This document shows positions 1 to 10,497 of a stretch of 64,000 nucleotides of DNA, one piece after another. Each line of letters begins with the position of its first letter. Positions within the stretch are counted from its first letter, which is position 1. Source of the stretch: Desulfatiglandales bacterium (GTDB lineage Bacteria; Desulfobacterota; DSM-4660; Desulfatiglandales; Desulfatiglandaceae); the NCBI GenBank assembly GCA_963662465.1, contig OY759599.1, positions 512,001-576,000 on the forward strand, given 5' to 3'. The notes below the pieces were generated by a model, which was not told the origin of the DNA, ran no database searches, and worked only from the letters and a program-made list of their open reading frames with translations. Both the position numbers and the translations under genes were made by a program.

Positions 1-1454
1 CCGCCAATTACTCGGCGGCCGCCTATTCGGGACTCTCTGACGGCGCGGCCCGCCTCATTGAAAATTTCGGAAGCAGGGACCTATACGACGCCTTTGTTCC
101 GCACATGCGTAGTGGCCGGTGGCAGGGGACCATGGCGCTCACGGAGCCGGAGGCGGGAAGTTCCCTGTCCGATATCACCACCACGGCGGAGCTTACCCCG
201 GAAGGTTATTATCACATTCAGGGACAGAAGATTTTTATTTCGGCGGGGGATCATGACGGCGTGGAAAACGTGGTTCATTTGATGCTCGCCAGGATTCAGG
301 GGGCGCCTTCCGGCGTCAAGGGCATTTCGTTGTTTGTGGTGCCGAAAAGACGTATCGATGCAAAGGGTCGGCTGGTTCCTAACGATGTGGTTACCTCAGG
401 AATTTTTCATAAACTGGGTTACCGGGGTTGCCCCATTGCACAGCTCAGCATGGGGGACAGAAACGATTGCCGGAGTTATCTGGTGGGTGAACCCCATAAG
501 GGGCTAGGGTATATGTTTCAGATGATGAATGAAGCGCGGATCGGTGTCGGCATGGGCGCCTGTGCCATGGCCACGGCTGCCTATTATGCCTCTCTCGACT
601 ATGCCGCCCTTCGAAAACAGGGGCGGAAAATAGCGGAGAAAAACCCTGCGAATCCTCCCGTTCCCATTATCGAACACGCCGATGTAAAACGGATGTTGCT
701 GTTTCAGCGGTCCGTCGTGGAGGGGGCCTTGAGCCTGCTTTTGCAATGCAGCCGATATGTGGATATGAAAAAAGTGGGAAGCGATGAAAAAAAGGAAAAA
801 TATGCGCTTCTGCTGGATCTTCTGACGCCGGTGGCGAAAAGCTATCCATCGGAGGCCGGCATCCTTTCCATCAGCCAGGGACTTCAGTGCTTCGGTGGTT
901 CCGGTTACTGTGACGATTACCCCCTCGAACAATACTACCGGGATGCTCGGATTCATCCCATCCATGAAGGGACCACCGGCATTCACGGCCTCGATCTTTT
1001 GGGCCGTAAAATCCCCATGAAAAACGGCAAGGCCTTTGCGTTGTATCTCGAAGAAGTCCAAACTGCCATCAGAGAGGCAAAGGAAATGCCTGCCCTTGAA
1101 TCCTATGGACGGCAGATGTCGGGGTTTCTGGAGAAGTTGAAACAGGTCACGGCGCACCTGGCCGATATCCAAAAAGAGCGGGGAGTAGAACATGCACTGT
1201 CCGATGCCACTCTTTATCTGGAATTGTTCGGGATTATTGCCGTGGCATGGCAGTGGCTCCTTCAGGCGATTGTTATCGCAAAAGCATTGAACGGGGAACC
1301 GTCAAAAGCGGAGATGGATTTCTACCAGGGGAAATTTTTCACCTTCCGATATTTTTTCGGTTACGAACTGCCCAAGGCTGAAGGGTTGGTCAACCGGTTG
1401 ATGCACACGGATGGTCTGACCGTTATAATGAAGCAGGAATGGTTTTCGGATTAG
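1..1454 (+). CDS. Acyl-CoA dehydrogenase (long type), 5'-truncated by window edge
   Basis: Frame is open from nt 3. Motifs GTMALTEPEAGS, GQKIFIS, KLGYRG, MMNEARIGVG and YYRDARIHPIHEGTTGI are present. Confidence 0.92.
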   Translation, partial: ANYSAAAYSGLSDGAARLIENFGSRDLYDAFVPHMRSGRWQGTMALTEPEAGSSLSDITTTAELTPEGYYHIQGQKIFISAGDHDGVENVVHLMLARIQGAPSGVKGISLFVVPKRRIDAKGRLVPNDVVTSGIFHKLGYRGCPIAQLSMGDRNDCRSYLVGEPHKGLGYMFQMMNEARIGVGMGACAMATAAYYASLDYAALRKQGRKIAEKNPANPPVPIIEHADVKRMLLFQRSVVEGALSLLLQCSRYVDMKKVGSDEKKEKYALLLDLLTPVAKSYPSEAGILSISQGLQCFGGSGYCDDYPLEQYYRDARIHPIHEGTTGIHGLDLLGRKIPMKNGKAFALYLEEVQTAIREAKEMPALESYGRQMSGFLEKLKQVTAHLADIQKERGVEHALSDATLYLELFGIIAVAWQWLLQAIVIAKALNGEPSKAEMDFYQGKFFTFRYFFGYELPKAEGLVNRLMHTDGLTVIMKQEWFSD

Positions 1455-1465
1455 AAGGATTTCGT

Positions 1466-1494
1466 TTGACCCGCAAGACCGTTTTTACTATACT
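1466..1494 (+). promoter_or_regulatory. Putative sigma70 promoter of the TA pair
   Basis: TTGACC-17 nt-TATACT lies upstream of the 1573 ORF. Confidence 0.6.
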
Positions 1495-1572
1495 TTTTAG
1501 CATTCTTGGTCAATGGTTTTATACTTGCGGTTTTACAAAAGTTTATCCGGAGATTTGGAGGAGGCAAAGCAG

Positions 1573-1773
1573 ATGATAGCAGTAGAAATGATTGAAAACG
1601 AGATAAAAAAATTTTCGCCAAGAAAATTAGCTGAATTCAGACGTTGGTTTGTAAAATATGATTCGGATGCTTGGGATGCACAAATTGAAGCGGATGCAAC
1701 AGCCGGAAGGTTGGATGCCCTGGCGAAAGAGGCCATTGCGGAATATGAATCAGGAAAGGCACAAGAAATTTGA
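1573..1773 (+). CDS. Putative antitoxin of a type II TA pair
   Basis: 66-aa acidic protein (WDAQIEADATAGRLDALA). GGAGGAGG RBS; overlaps the downstream toxin-like ORF by 4 nt. Confidence 0.7.
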   Translation: MIAVEMIENEIKKFSPRKLAEFRRWFVKYDSDAWDAQIEADATAGRLDALAKEAIAEYESGKAQEI

Positions 1774-2030
1774 AGCACTACGCATCAACCAGGTTTTGGC
1801 AATGTCTTGATATGCTGCCACCAGAAACTCAGAAACTCGCACATCACAATTACTCTCTGTTAAAGGGAAATCCATCTCATCCTTCTCTGCATTTTAAACA
1901 AGTTTGTCAGGGCCGTTACCGTAGTGTCCGTGTTGGCCTGCATTATCGAGCAATAGGTGTTCCCGTGCCTGACGGCGTACAGTGGTTCTGGATCGGAACA
2001 CATGCTGAATATGACAAACTATTGGGTTAA
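1770..2030 (+). CDS. RelE/ParE-like toxin
   Basis: 86-aa basic protein with NPSHPSLHFK, SVRVGLHYRA and WFWIGTHAEYD motifs. Confidence 0.75.
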   Translation: MKHYASTRFWQCLDMLPPETQKLAHHNYSLLKGNPSHPSLHFKQVCQGRYRSVRVGLHYRAIGVPVPDGVQWFWIGTHAEYDKLLG

Positions 2031-2154
2031 CTACCGAACCACGCTCGAAGGGGTCACCAAAGACAAGGAATGGATCTGTGGTCTTGAATTCGATGATGCC
2101 AACAGAGAACCTTTTTCCCGCATGATGAAGAAGTGACGGCAAGTCTCAAAAAAC

Positions 2155-2183
2155 TTGCGCGGATGACGGCTGTCGGTTAGAAT
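2155..2183 (+). promoter_or_regulatory. Putative sigma70 promoter of ispG-proS
   Basis: TTGCGC-17 nt-TAGAAT, bracketed by the inverted repeat AAACTTGCG/CGCAAGTTT. Confidence 0.5.
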
Positions 2184-2255
2184 CGTTCCGCAAGTTTGGA
2201 AGGTGTGTTATTGGACGTTTGATTTTTACAACCCTTAAGGAGATTCCCTTAATCC

Positions 2256-3338
2256 ATGCCCATAGAAGGAGTACGTAAACCCACGAAAATGATCCATGTC
2301 GGCGATGTTCCCATCGGCGGCGGCGCTCCCATCGCCGTTCAATCCATGACCAACACGGATACCCGGGACGTGTCCAAGACGGTGGCCCAAATCGAACGTC
2401 TGGCGGAAGCGGGATGCGAGATCGTTCGTTTGGCCATCCCCGATGAAGCGGCGGTTGCGGCTTTTGCCGAGATCAAGAAAAAAGTCAAACCCCCGCTCAT
2501 TGCCGACATTCATTTTGACCACCGCCTGGCCTTGGGGGTTTTGAAGGCCGGGGCCGACGGCCTCCGAATCAACCCCGGCAATATCGGAGGTCCGGATGCC
2601 GTTAAAAAGGTGGTCTCCGCCGCCCGTGAAGCGGAGGCCCCCATACGGATCGGGGTCAATGGGGGATCGATGCATCGGGATGTGTTGAAAAAATATGGCG
2701 GTCCCACCCCCGAGGCCATGGTTGCCAGCGCCATGGAACACGTCATGATGCTGGAGGATCTCGATTTTCCCCACATCAAAATTTCCTTGAAGTCTTCTGA
2801 TGTCCGGAATACCATTCATGCCTACGAACTCTTAAGTGAACGGGTGGACTATCCCCTTCACCTGGGGGTCACCGAAGCCGGTACGTTGATTGCGGGAACG
2901 GTTAAAAGCACCATGGGCATCGGGTTTCTGCTGGCGGAAGGCATTGGCGATACGTTCAGGGTGTCGCTTACCCGCGATCCCGTGGAAGAGGTGCGGGTGG
3001 CCTGGGAGATCTTAAGAGCCCTCGGATTGAGATCCCGGGGGCCTGAAATCGTAAGCTGCCCCACCTGCGGTCGGTGTGAGATTGACCTTTTCTCTCTTGT
3101 GGATCAAGTGGAAGCGGCCATTTCCGGCATCACGGCATCGCCCAAGGTGGCCATTATGGGCTGTGTGGTGAATGGTCCCGGCGAAGCCCGTGAAGCGGAT
3201 GTGGGGATTGCCGGCGGGCGAGGGCAGGGGATACTATTTAAGAAGGGAAAAGTGGTCAGAAAAGTCCCGGAAAATGAACTGGCGGACGTGCTGATTACCG
3301 AGGTTATGCAGCTGGTCCAATCGTCAGAAAGCCATTGA
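2256..3338 (+). CDS. ispG: 4-hydroxy-3-methylbut-2-enyl diphosphate synthase
   Basis: VQSMTNT, IADIHFD, RINPGNIG, SCPTCGR and MGCVVNGPGEA motifs. Confidence 0.98.
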   Translation: MPIEGVRKPTKMIHVGDVPIGGGAPIAVQSMTNTDTRDVSKTVAQIERLAEAGCEIVRLAIPDEAAVAAFAEIKKKVKPPLIADIHFDHRLALGVLKAGADGLRINPGNIGGPDAVKKVVSAAREAEAPIRIGVNGGSMHRDVLKKYGGPTPEAMVASAMEHVMMLEDLDFPHIKISLKSSDVRNTIHAYELLSERVDYPLHLGVTEAGTLIAGTVKSTMGIGFLLAEGIGDTFRVSLTRDPVEEVRVAWEILRALGLRSRGPEIVSCPTCGRCEIDLFSLVDQVEAAISGITASPKVAIMGCVVNGPGEAREADVGIAGGRGQGILFKKGKVVRKVPENELADVLITEVMQLVQSSESH

Positions 3339-3347
3339 AGATTTTAA

Positions 3348-3428
3348 CTCGTGCAAAGCCGCAACGCTCGCAAAGAAAAAACAAAGAATTTACTCATAAA
3401 CCTTCGCGCCTTTGCGCCTTTGCGCGAG
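3348..3428. repeat. Inverted 8-mer repeat element (CGCAAAGG-like / CTTTGCGC)
   Basis: Left arm ctcgtgcaaag-ccgcaacg-ctcgcaaag; right arm cttcgcgc-ctttgcgc-ctttgcgcgag; A-rich loop between them. Confidence 0.75.
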
Positions 3429-3456
3429 ATAAATTAAGGAGAACACCAATAACACC

Positions 3457-5181
3457 ATGCGATATTCAACCTATTTTATTCCCACGCAGAAAGAAGTGCC
3501 GGCCGATGCCGAGATTATCAGTCACCAGCTCATGGTTCGAGCCGGCATGATTCGCAAGCTCACATCGGGCATTTATACTTATCTTCCCGCGGGCCTTAGG
3601 TCCATCCGGAAGGTGGAAAACATCGTCCGGGAAGAGATGAACCGGGCAGGGGCCATCGAAATCCTCATGCCCGCTGTTCAGCCGGCGGAGCTGTGGCAGG
3701 AGAGCGGTCGGTGGGAATATTACGGCCGTGAACTGCTGAGGTTCAAAGACCGTCACGACCGGGAGGCCTGTTTCGGACCCACCCACGAAGAAGTGATCAC
3801 GGACCTGGTGCGAAAAGAGATACACTCCTACAAACAGCTGCCCATGAACCTCTATCAGATTCAGACCAAGTTTCGGGATGAAATTCGCCCCCGTTTCGGG
3901 CTCATGCGAGGTCGTGAATTCATTATGAAAGACGCCTACAGCTTTGATGTGGATGAAGCGGGGGCCGCTCGCAGCTACGAGGCCATGTATGCGGCCTATG
4001 AACGGATATTTCAACGATGCGGTTTGAAATTCAGGGCCGTCGAAGCGGACTCGGGCGCCATCGGCGGCAGTTATTCCCACGAGTTTATGGTGTTGGCGGA
4101 ATCGGGGGAGGATCAGATTGTCAATTGCACCAAATGCAGTTATGCGGCCAACCTGGAACGGGCCGAAGTGAAAGAAGGGGATTCCCAGCCTGATTCCGAT
4201 GCCTTTGAGGTCTTGGCCCGAGTGGATACGCCCAATCAGAGAACCATTGACGAAGTGACAAAATTTCTGGATATCGGCCCCGAACAACTAGTCAAGACCC
4301 TGATCTATGTGGTGGATGAAGCGCCGGTGGCGGTGTTGTTGCGCGGCGATCATGAATTGAATGAAGCCAAGCTGAAAAATGCCTTGAATGCACAGGTCGT
4401 TGAAATGGCTTCCGAGGGATTGGTGAAAGATGTTACCGGCGCCCCCACGGGGTTTGCGGGTCCGGTGGGGTTGAAGATCAAAGTGGTGGCTGATAACGCC
4501 CTCTTGGCCATGAAGAACTTTGTGGTGGGGGGGAACGAAAAAGACCTCCACCTGAAAAACGTGAACTTTCAGCGGGATTTCAAGGCGGCATTTTTCGGTG
4601 ATCTGCGAACCATCGCGCCTGGTGACAGGTGTCCCCGGTGCGGCGGGGAAATTATTTTTGGACGGGGCATTGAAGTGGGGCATGTGTTTAAGCTGGGCAC
4701 AAAATACAGCGAGGCCATGAAAGCCGTCTTTTTGAATGAACAGGGAAAAGAGATTCCCATGATCATGGGGTGCTACGGCATCGGCATCGGCCGCACTGTT
4801 GCGGCGGCCATTGAGCAGAACCATGACAAGGACGGTATTGTTTTTCCGGCGCCGGTAGCGCCCTTCGAGGTGACGATTCTGCCGCTGCAGATGCACGATG
4901 AAGCCGTGGTGGAAACAGCTATGAAACTCTATGAAGATCTTTTGGCCAAGGGGATTGATGTACTGCTGGATGATCGGGATGAGCGGGCCGGTGTTAAATT
5001 TAAAGATGCCGACTTGCTGGGCATTCCGGTGCGCATCACCGTGGGGTCCCGGGGGCTTAAAAACGGGCAGGTGGAGGTCAAGCTTCGGTCTGAGCCGGAG
5101 AGTTTCATGCTGCCCGTGGACAATGCCGCGACGGCCATTTCGGAGACGGTGAAAGGCCTGTATGATTCGATTAAAATCTGA
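3457..5181 (+). CDS. proS: Proline--tRNA ligase (with INS editing domain)
   Basis: 574 aa with [35 protein letters not shown] and MGCYGIG motifs. Confidence 0.98.
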   Translation: MRYSTYFIPTQKEVPADAEIISHQLMVRAGMIRKLTSGIYTYLPAGLRSIRKVENIVREEMNRAGAIEILMPAVQPAELWQESGRWEYYGRELLRFKDRHDREACFGPTHEEVITDLVRKEIHSYKQLPMNLYQIQTKFRDEIRPRFGLMRGREFIMKDAYSFDVDEAGAARSYEAMYAAYERIFQRCGLKFRAVEADSGAIGGSYSHEFMVLAESGEDQIVNCTKCSYAANLERAEVKEGDSQPDSDAFEVLARVDTPNQRTIDEVTKFLDIGPEQLVKTLIYVVDEAPVAVLLRGDHELNEAKLKNALNAQVVEMASEGLVKDVTGAPTGFAGPVGLKIKVVADNALLAMKNFVVGGNEKDLHLKNVNFQRDFKAAFFGDLRTIAPGDRCPRCGGEIIFGRGIEVGHVFKLGTKYSEAMKAVFLNEQGKEIPMIMGCYGIGIGRTVAAAIEQNHDKDGIVFPAPVAPFEVTILPLQMHDEAVVETAMKLYEDLLAKGIDVLLDDRDERAGVKFKDADLLGIPVRITVGSRGLKNGQVEVKLRSEPESFMLPVDNAATAISETVKGLYDSIKI

Positions 5182-5314
5182 AATCCTGAAACCCGCTTAT
5201 AATGAGGGTTTTCACGTTTTTACCTGCCTTAATTTTGCTGGATTTTATAGCTTTTGATTGCAAAAAAGGTAACTGTTACCGTGGACGATTTTTAACCGAG
5301 CGAGTTGGTAAAAT

Positions 5315-5349
5315 AAAAAAAGCCCGGGTCTATTTGACCCGGGCTTTTT
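5315..5349. terminator. Bidirectional Rho-independent terminator
   Basis: A7-GCCCGGGTC-tattt-GACCCGGGC-T5. Confidence 0.85.
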
Positions 5350-5612
5350 GCAATCCATCTAAATTCAAATTCTCAATTCAACAGCCGGGGACCCGGTTGT
5401 GGGGGCGGTTTTCCCTGATTATCCCACACCCATCTGGTCATTTTCGCCGCAATTTTCATTAACTTTGAAACCATCGGGATGATACTTATCAATATCCCTA
5501 TCCATGCCATTTTTTTGTCTTCTTTCGTACCAATTTATTATAGTGTTTTTCGCAATACGGCACCAATCCCATTTTGATTACAAAACAGCTGTAAAATGCA
5601 AGGATCTATGCT

Positions 5613-6452
5613 ATGGATATCGTGTCAGATACTTTGACTCCTAGAGGATGCGCATGCGTGGTCATCAGCCTTAAAAAAAATATCGATCTTTTCGGCTTCA
5701 AGACGAAGTCAGGCAGTACCCATTTGGCCCGGACCATCATGCTGGAGGATTTAGAGACGCTACTTTCATATATCGACAATCCAGAAGCGGGAAAAGCCAC
5801 CTACATCCGCGCCATAGAAGAGGAAAACTGTTTAGGGAAACGTTCCGGCAGAACCAGAACACTTACAGCCAGGCACCTCGTTGCCCTTTATGGACTGGAG
5901 CCATCTATCACCATTTTCAGAGGTCTGCTTTTTTTCTGGTCCAAAGACCTTGAGGCGCATCCATTGTTGGCACTGCTCTGTGCTTATGCGAGGGACCCCT
6001 TGCTACGAAAAAGTGCACCATTTATTTTGGCAATGACCGAAGGAGCAAACGTATTTAGGGAAAACCTGGAGGCCTTCATGGAAACCGAAGACCCCGGGCG
6101 TTTCAGCGGGGCAACGCTCAAATCATTGGCGCAGAATATCAATGCCACTTGGACCAAATCCGGCCATCTAAAAGGGAGAGTAAAAAAGGTTCGAGCGCGG
6201 GCTAATCCAACCCCCGGCGTCGTATCTTACGCCCTTTTCCTCGGATATTTAGAGGGCCTCCGGGGGCAATCTCTATTTCAATCCCAGTATGCCAGGATCC
6301 TTGATTGTTCGGCGGATTACGCCATGGAACTGGCGGAGCAGGCTTCGCGCCGGGGATGGTTTGTTTTCAAACGAATCGGCGATGTAATGGAGGTCCAGTT
6401 CCGTCATCTTTTAACCGCAAAAGAAATGGAGTGGCTTCGTGAGCAAGGTTAA
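5613..6452 (+). CDS. brxA: BREX protein BrxA (start codon uncertain)
   Basis: First gene of the BREX operon, overlapping brxB. Motifs HLARTIMLEDL, RDPLLR and FSGATLKSLAQN; the call rests mainly on position. Confidence 0.7.
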   Translation: MDIVSDTLTPRGCACVVISLKKNIDLFGFKTKSGSTHLARTIMLEDLETLLSYIDNPEAGKATYIRAIEEENCLGKRSGRTRTLTARHLVALYGLEPSITIFRGLLFFWSKDLEAHPLLALLCAYARDPLLRKSAPFILAMTEGANVFRENLEAFMETEDPGRFSGATLKSLAQNINATWTKSGHLKGRVKKVRARANPTPGVVSYALFLGYLEGLRGQSLFQSQYARILDCSADYAMELAEQASRRGWFVFKRIGDVMEVQFRHLLTAKEMEWLREQG

Positions 6453-6990
6453 GCGGCTGTTAAAGAATTACAGCAGGTTTATTTCCATCCCCTGGCGAGG
6501 AGATGCGGCGGCGGCTCAACGGGTTATTTTCTGCGTATATAACGAAAATGATGAGCTTCGCCTGCGGGCCAGGATCGACGAGTTTGAGATTGCCACAAGA
6601 CAACCGGGACACGATTGGGCCTTGTTCGATCTCACAGATACCTTCCCTCAATGGCTGGCTGAACAACGCTACGCCAAGAGCTATTTTCAGAAACCACAGC
6701 TTCTTTCAGCACTTTTACCCAAATACTTGGCCTATGTCGCGGAAACGTTCCGGAAATTCCTCCAGGAACGGGCCGTTGATGAAACTTCCGTGGTGGCCCT
6801 TAAAGGGGTTGGTGCTCTTTTCGGTTTTATCAAAGTGAAAGATGTCGTGGATCACCTGGCACCCATGGCGCTCGGAAGATTGTTGGTTTTTTTCCCGGGC
6901 AGCTACGAGAAAAACAATTACCGGCTTCTGGACGGTTATGACGGGTGGAACTATCTCGCGGTGCCGATTACAGCGGACAAGGAATTCTAA
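6439..6990 (+). CDS. brxB: BREX protein BrxB (DUF1788-like)
   Basis: 183 aa with GVGALFGF, LLVFFPG and WNYLA; lies between brxA and brxC. Confidence 0.8.
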   Translation: MSKVKRLLKNYSRFISIPWRGDAAAAQRVIFCVYNENDELRLRARIDEFEIATRQPGHDWALFDLTDTFPQWLAEQRYAKSYFQKPQLLSALLPKYLAYVAETFRKFLQERAVDETSVVALKGVGALFGFIKVKDVVDHLAPMALGRLLVFFPGSYEKNNYRLLDGYDGWNYLAVPITADKEF

Positions 6991-7004
6991 CTCAGGGGTT
7001 AAAC

Positions 7005-10000
7005 ATGCAGAACAGGCAAATTTATGTAACGGATCCGGAAGCCCGAAAATTGGTGAACGAGGGGGTTGCAAGCGTCAATGATGACATGAGTCCCGCAGCG
7101 CTTGCGGTGCTGCGCTATGAGCTTGAAACCTTTGTTTGCGATGGCCAATATGAAAAGGGTTTGGCCCATATTCTGGAAACCTATCTGAAGAATATCCAGC
7201 AGGCACAACAGCCCGCTGTGTGGGTCAGCGGCTTCTACGGTTCCGGCAAGTCGCACCTGGTTAAAATGCTCCGCGCCCTGTGGGTGGATACCTCTTTTGA
7301 AGACGGCGCCACTGCCCGTGGAATTGCCGCTCTGCCGCAGGACATTGGAGATCATTTAAAAGAACTGACCACGCAAGGCAAACGCCATGGAGGGCTCCAC
7401 GCCGCTTCAGGCACACTGGGCTCCGGCGCCACCGGAAGTGTTCGTCTGGCCCTTTTGGGCATCATTTTTAAATCAGTTGGGCTCCCGGAGCAGTACCCCT
7501 TGGCTCGGTTCGTACTGTGGCTCAAAAAGGAAGGGATTCAGGAAGAGATAGAAGAACAGTTAAAAGCCCATGGATACGATTGGGAAGAGGAGCTGGATAA
7601 TCTCCAAGTTGCCGAAGGTCTGCACCAGGTACTTTCGGAAGTGAAACCCAATCTTTTTCCATCGCCGGCATCCTGTGTGGAGACGCTGAACAATCGTTAT
7701 CCGTTTGTACAGGATATCTCCAGCGATGAAATGGTCAAGGCCATCCGACAAGCCTTGACCCGGAATGGCAAATTTCCCCTGACCCTGGTGGTTCTTGATG
7801 AGGTCCAGCAGTATATCGCCGAAGACAGCCAACGGTCCGATGAGGTCCGAGAGGCTGTGGAGGCCTGCTGCAAGAACATCGGCTCTAAACTTCTGTTTGT
7901 GGGAACCGGCCAGACAGCTGTAACCGGAACGCCTAACCTGAAAAAGCATGAAGGTCGATTCACCATCCGCATTGAACTTTCAGATGCCGATGTGGATGCG
8001 GTAATCCGCCAGGTTATCCTTGCCAAGAAGCCCGACGCCATTTCCCCTATTAATGCGCTTATGGAAACCAACCTGGGCGAAATCTCAAGACATCTATCCG
8101 ACACAACCATCGGGCATCGCCAGAATGATATTCCCTTTTTCCCTCAGGATTACCCCATCCTTCCGGTACGTCGGCGGTTCTGGGAACATACCCTGCGGGT
8201 GCTGGATCCCACGGGGACCGACAGCCAGCTTCGCAATCAACTGAGCATGGTGCACAAGGCCATACAAACCAACCTGGACCACCCAATGGGACATGTCATT
8301 CCAGCGGATTATCTCTATTTCGATTCGGCCGATAAACTCTTACAGTCTCGCATACTACCGCGAAAAGTACATGAAAAGACCATGATTTGGCTTAATGGAT
8401 CGGAAGAGGAGCGCCTTCTGGGAAGGGCCTGCGGCCTGGTTTTCCTCATCAATAAATTGGCGGGAAGCAACAAAGACATCGGCATTAAAGCCACCGTTGA
8501 TGCGATTGCCGATCTCATGGTGGAAGATCTTTCCAAAGGAAGTGGGGCATTGAGGGGAAAGCTTCCGGGTCTCTTGGGCAAAGCTGAACTGCTCATTAAG
8601 GTGGGGGATGAATATCGTATCCAGACCGAAGAGAGCGCTGCCTGGAACGATGAATTCCTAAGCCAGAGAAGCAGGCTTGCCAGTGAAGCATATCGCATAG
8701 AGGCGGAACGTGGGGATCGTATTCGTCGAAAATTCGGGGAACTGGTTAATAAACTTAACTTCACCCAGGGCAGTTCCAAGGTAACGCGAGACATACATCC
8801 CATATTCGATGCCGAACTTCCACCTGACAGTGATCAAAAGATTTGTGTCTGGGTCCGGGACGGTTGGAGCACGGATGAGAAATCCGTGTTGGCGGACGCA
8901 AGGCAGGCCGGCAATCAATCACCCACGGTGTTTGTTTTTATACCCAAAAGGTCTGCGGATGATCTACGTCACAATCTCATGGAATATAAGGCTGCCGTGG
9001 CCACACTGGAAAAACGGGGGGTCTCCAACACGTCCGAAGGCGTCGAGGCCCGGGCCGCCATGGAAACAACCCGTCAAGCCTCTGAGGGAAGGATCCAAGA
9101 ACTGATCGAGGATGCTTTTTCCGGTGCGCGCATCTATCAAGGCGGTGGGAACGAACTGGTGGGGAACGACTTCACAGAAGTGGTGTTGGAAGGGGCCGAA
9201 AATGCCGTTAAACGCCTTTATCCCCAGTTTCAGGCGGCAGATCATCCCGGATGGGAAAAGGTTTTTTCCCTGTCTCGCAAAGGTTCCCCTGATGCCCTCA
9301 AGGCCATTGGCGATGACGGTGAAGTTTCAAAGAACCCTGTTTGCAAGGCCATTTTGGGGCATATCGCCGGTGGGAAGAAGGGCGTTGATATTCGGCGCCA
9401 TTTTGAATCCCCACCCTTTGGATGGTCAAGGGATGCTGTTGATGGGGGCCTTCAGGCCTTGATGGTGGCCGGATTGATTCGTGCACAAAATGAACTGGGC
9501 AATGGGATTGATCCCAGAGAAATTGAAAGGAAGGCCATCGGAAAAGTCCTCTTTAAGGTGGAGTCCGCCACCGTAACCACGGCGCAAAGGATCCAGATAC
9601 GAAAGCTTTTTCAAAAGACGGGCATCAAAGCGAAGCCCGGGGAAGAACTTTCGTCCGTGGCTCTTTTTCTTCAGAAAATGGGAGAACTAGCCGAAGCGGC
9701 AGGCGGAGAGGCGCCCAAACCCGAACTCCCTGATACCGCCTTTATTGATGAGCTGCGCCTAACTGCTGGAAACGAGCAACTGCTGGCCGTTTACAACCGG
9801 CGCGATGATCTAACGCAGGCCATTGATTCCTGGACCCAGCTGGGCAAGCGGATCACCGTGCGGTGGCCCGATTGGATACTATTGAAACGCCTGGTGGGTC
9901 ATGCTACGGACATCAAAGACGCGGAAGTGATGCAGGCGCAGGCCACAACCATCGAAAAACAGCGCCAACTCCTGGAAGAGCTTGATTTGATCTTGCCCCT

Positions 10001-10442
10001 GGCTGCAAACCTGACCCAAATGCTTCGCGAAGAATTAAACCGGCTGGACAAGGAATATAAGGCGCTACACCAGAAAGGGATGGAGCGCCTCAAAGGAGAC
10101 GCCAACTGGCAGCAACTGGAACCTGAACAGCGCAACACCCTGCTGGCCGATCAGAAATTAACGCTTGAAGACCAGCCCCGGGTAGAGCTGAGCAATGTTG
10201 ACGATGTTTTGGCAACCCTGGGTCGAATAGGTCTTGATATGTTTACCGCCACCGTCGCCGCCATGCCCTCCCGTTTCGATAACGTTGCCAAAAGCGCCGC
10301 AGAGCTGTGCGAACCGGAGGTTCAGTTCATCCATGTGCCACGCCGAACGCTTAAGACCGAAATAGATATCGATACATGGATCGAGGAGGTGAAACAGCAA
10401 CTCAAAGACGCACTCCATGAAGGGCCGATCATTATTCGCTAA
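7005..10442 (+). CDS. brxC: BREX P-loop ATPase BrxC
   Basis: YELETFVCDGQY, Walker A WVSGFYGSGKSH, Walker B VVLDEVQQYI and PPFGWSRD; ~1145 aa. Confidence 0.92.
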   Translation: MQNRQIYVTDPEARKLVNEGVASVNDDMSPAALAVLRYELETFVCDGQYEKGLAHILETYLKNIQQAQQPAVWVSGFYGSGKSHLVKMLRALWVDTSFEDGATARGIAALPQDIGDHLKELTTQGKRHGGLHAASGTLGSGATGSVRLALLGIIFKSVGLPEQYPLARFVLWLKKEGIQEEIEEQLKAHGYDWEEELDNLQVAEGLHQVLSEVKPNLFPSPASCVETLNNRYPFVQDISSDEMVKAIRQALTRNGKFPLTLVVLDEVQQYIAEDSQRSDEVREAVEACCKNIGSKLLFVGTGQTAVTGTPNLKKHEGRFTIRIELSDADVDAVIRQVILAKKPDAISPINALMETNLGEISRHLSDTTIGHRQNDIPFFPQDYPILPVRRRFWEHTLRVLDPTGTDSQLRNQLSMVHKAIQTNLDHPMGHVIPADYLYFDSADKLLQSRILPRKVHEKTMIWLNGSEEERLLGRACGLVFLINKLAGSNKDIGIKATVDAIADLMVEDLSKGSGALRGKLPGLLGKAELLIKVGDEYRIQTEESAAWNDEFLSQRSRLASEAYRIEAERGDRIRRKFGELVNKLNFTQGSSKVTRDIHPIFDAELPPDSDQKICVWVRDGWSTDEKSVLADARQAGNQSPTVFVFIPKRSADDLRHNLMEYKAAVATLEKRGVSNTSEGVEARAAMETTRQASEGRIQELIEDAFSGARIYQGGGNELVGNDFTEVVLEGAENAVKRLYPQFQAADHPGWEKVFSLSRKGSPDALKAIGDDGEVSKNPVCKAILGHIAGGKKGVDIRRHFESPPFGWSRDAVDGGLQALMVAGLIRAQNELGNGIDPREIERKAIGKVLFKVESATVTTAQRIQIRKLFQKTGIKAKPGEELSSVALFLQKMGELAEAAGGEAPKPELPDTAFIDELRLTAGNEQLLAVYNRRDDLTQAIDSWTQLGKRITVRWPDWILLKRLVGHATDIKDAEVMQAQATTIEKQRQLLEELDLILPLAANLTQMLREELNRLDKEYKALHQKGMERLKGDANWQQLEPEQRNTLLADQKLTLEDQPRVELSNVDDVLATLGRIGLDMFTATVAAMPSRFDNVAKSAAELCEPEVQFIHVPRRTLKTEIDIDTWIEEVKQQLKDALHEGPIIIR

Positions 10443-10497
10443 AACCCGTATTGGGTTCGATGGGTTCCAACATTAAATCACCTATAGCGAGGGGAAA

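Noticed and set aside
5202..5462. 86-aa plus-strand ORF after proS
   Set aside because: Runs through the terminator and has no RBS or recognisable motifs.
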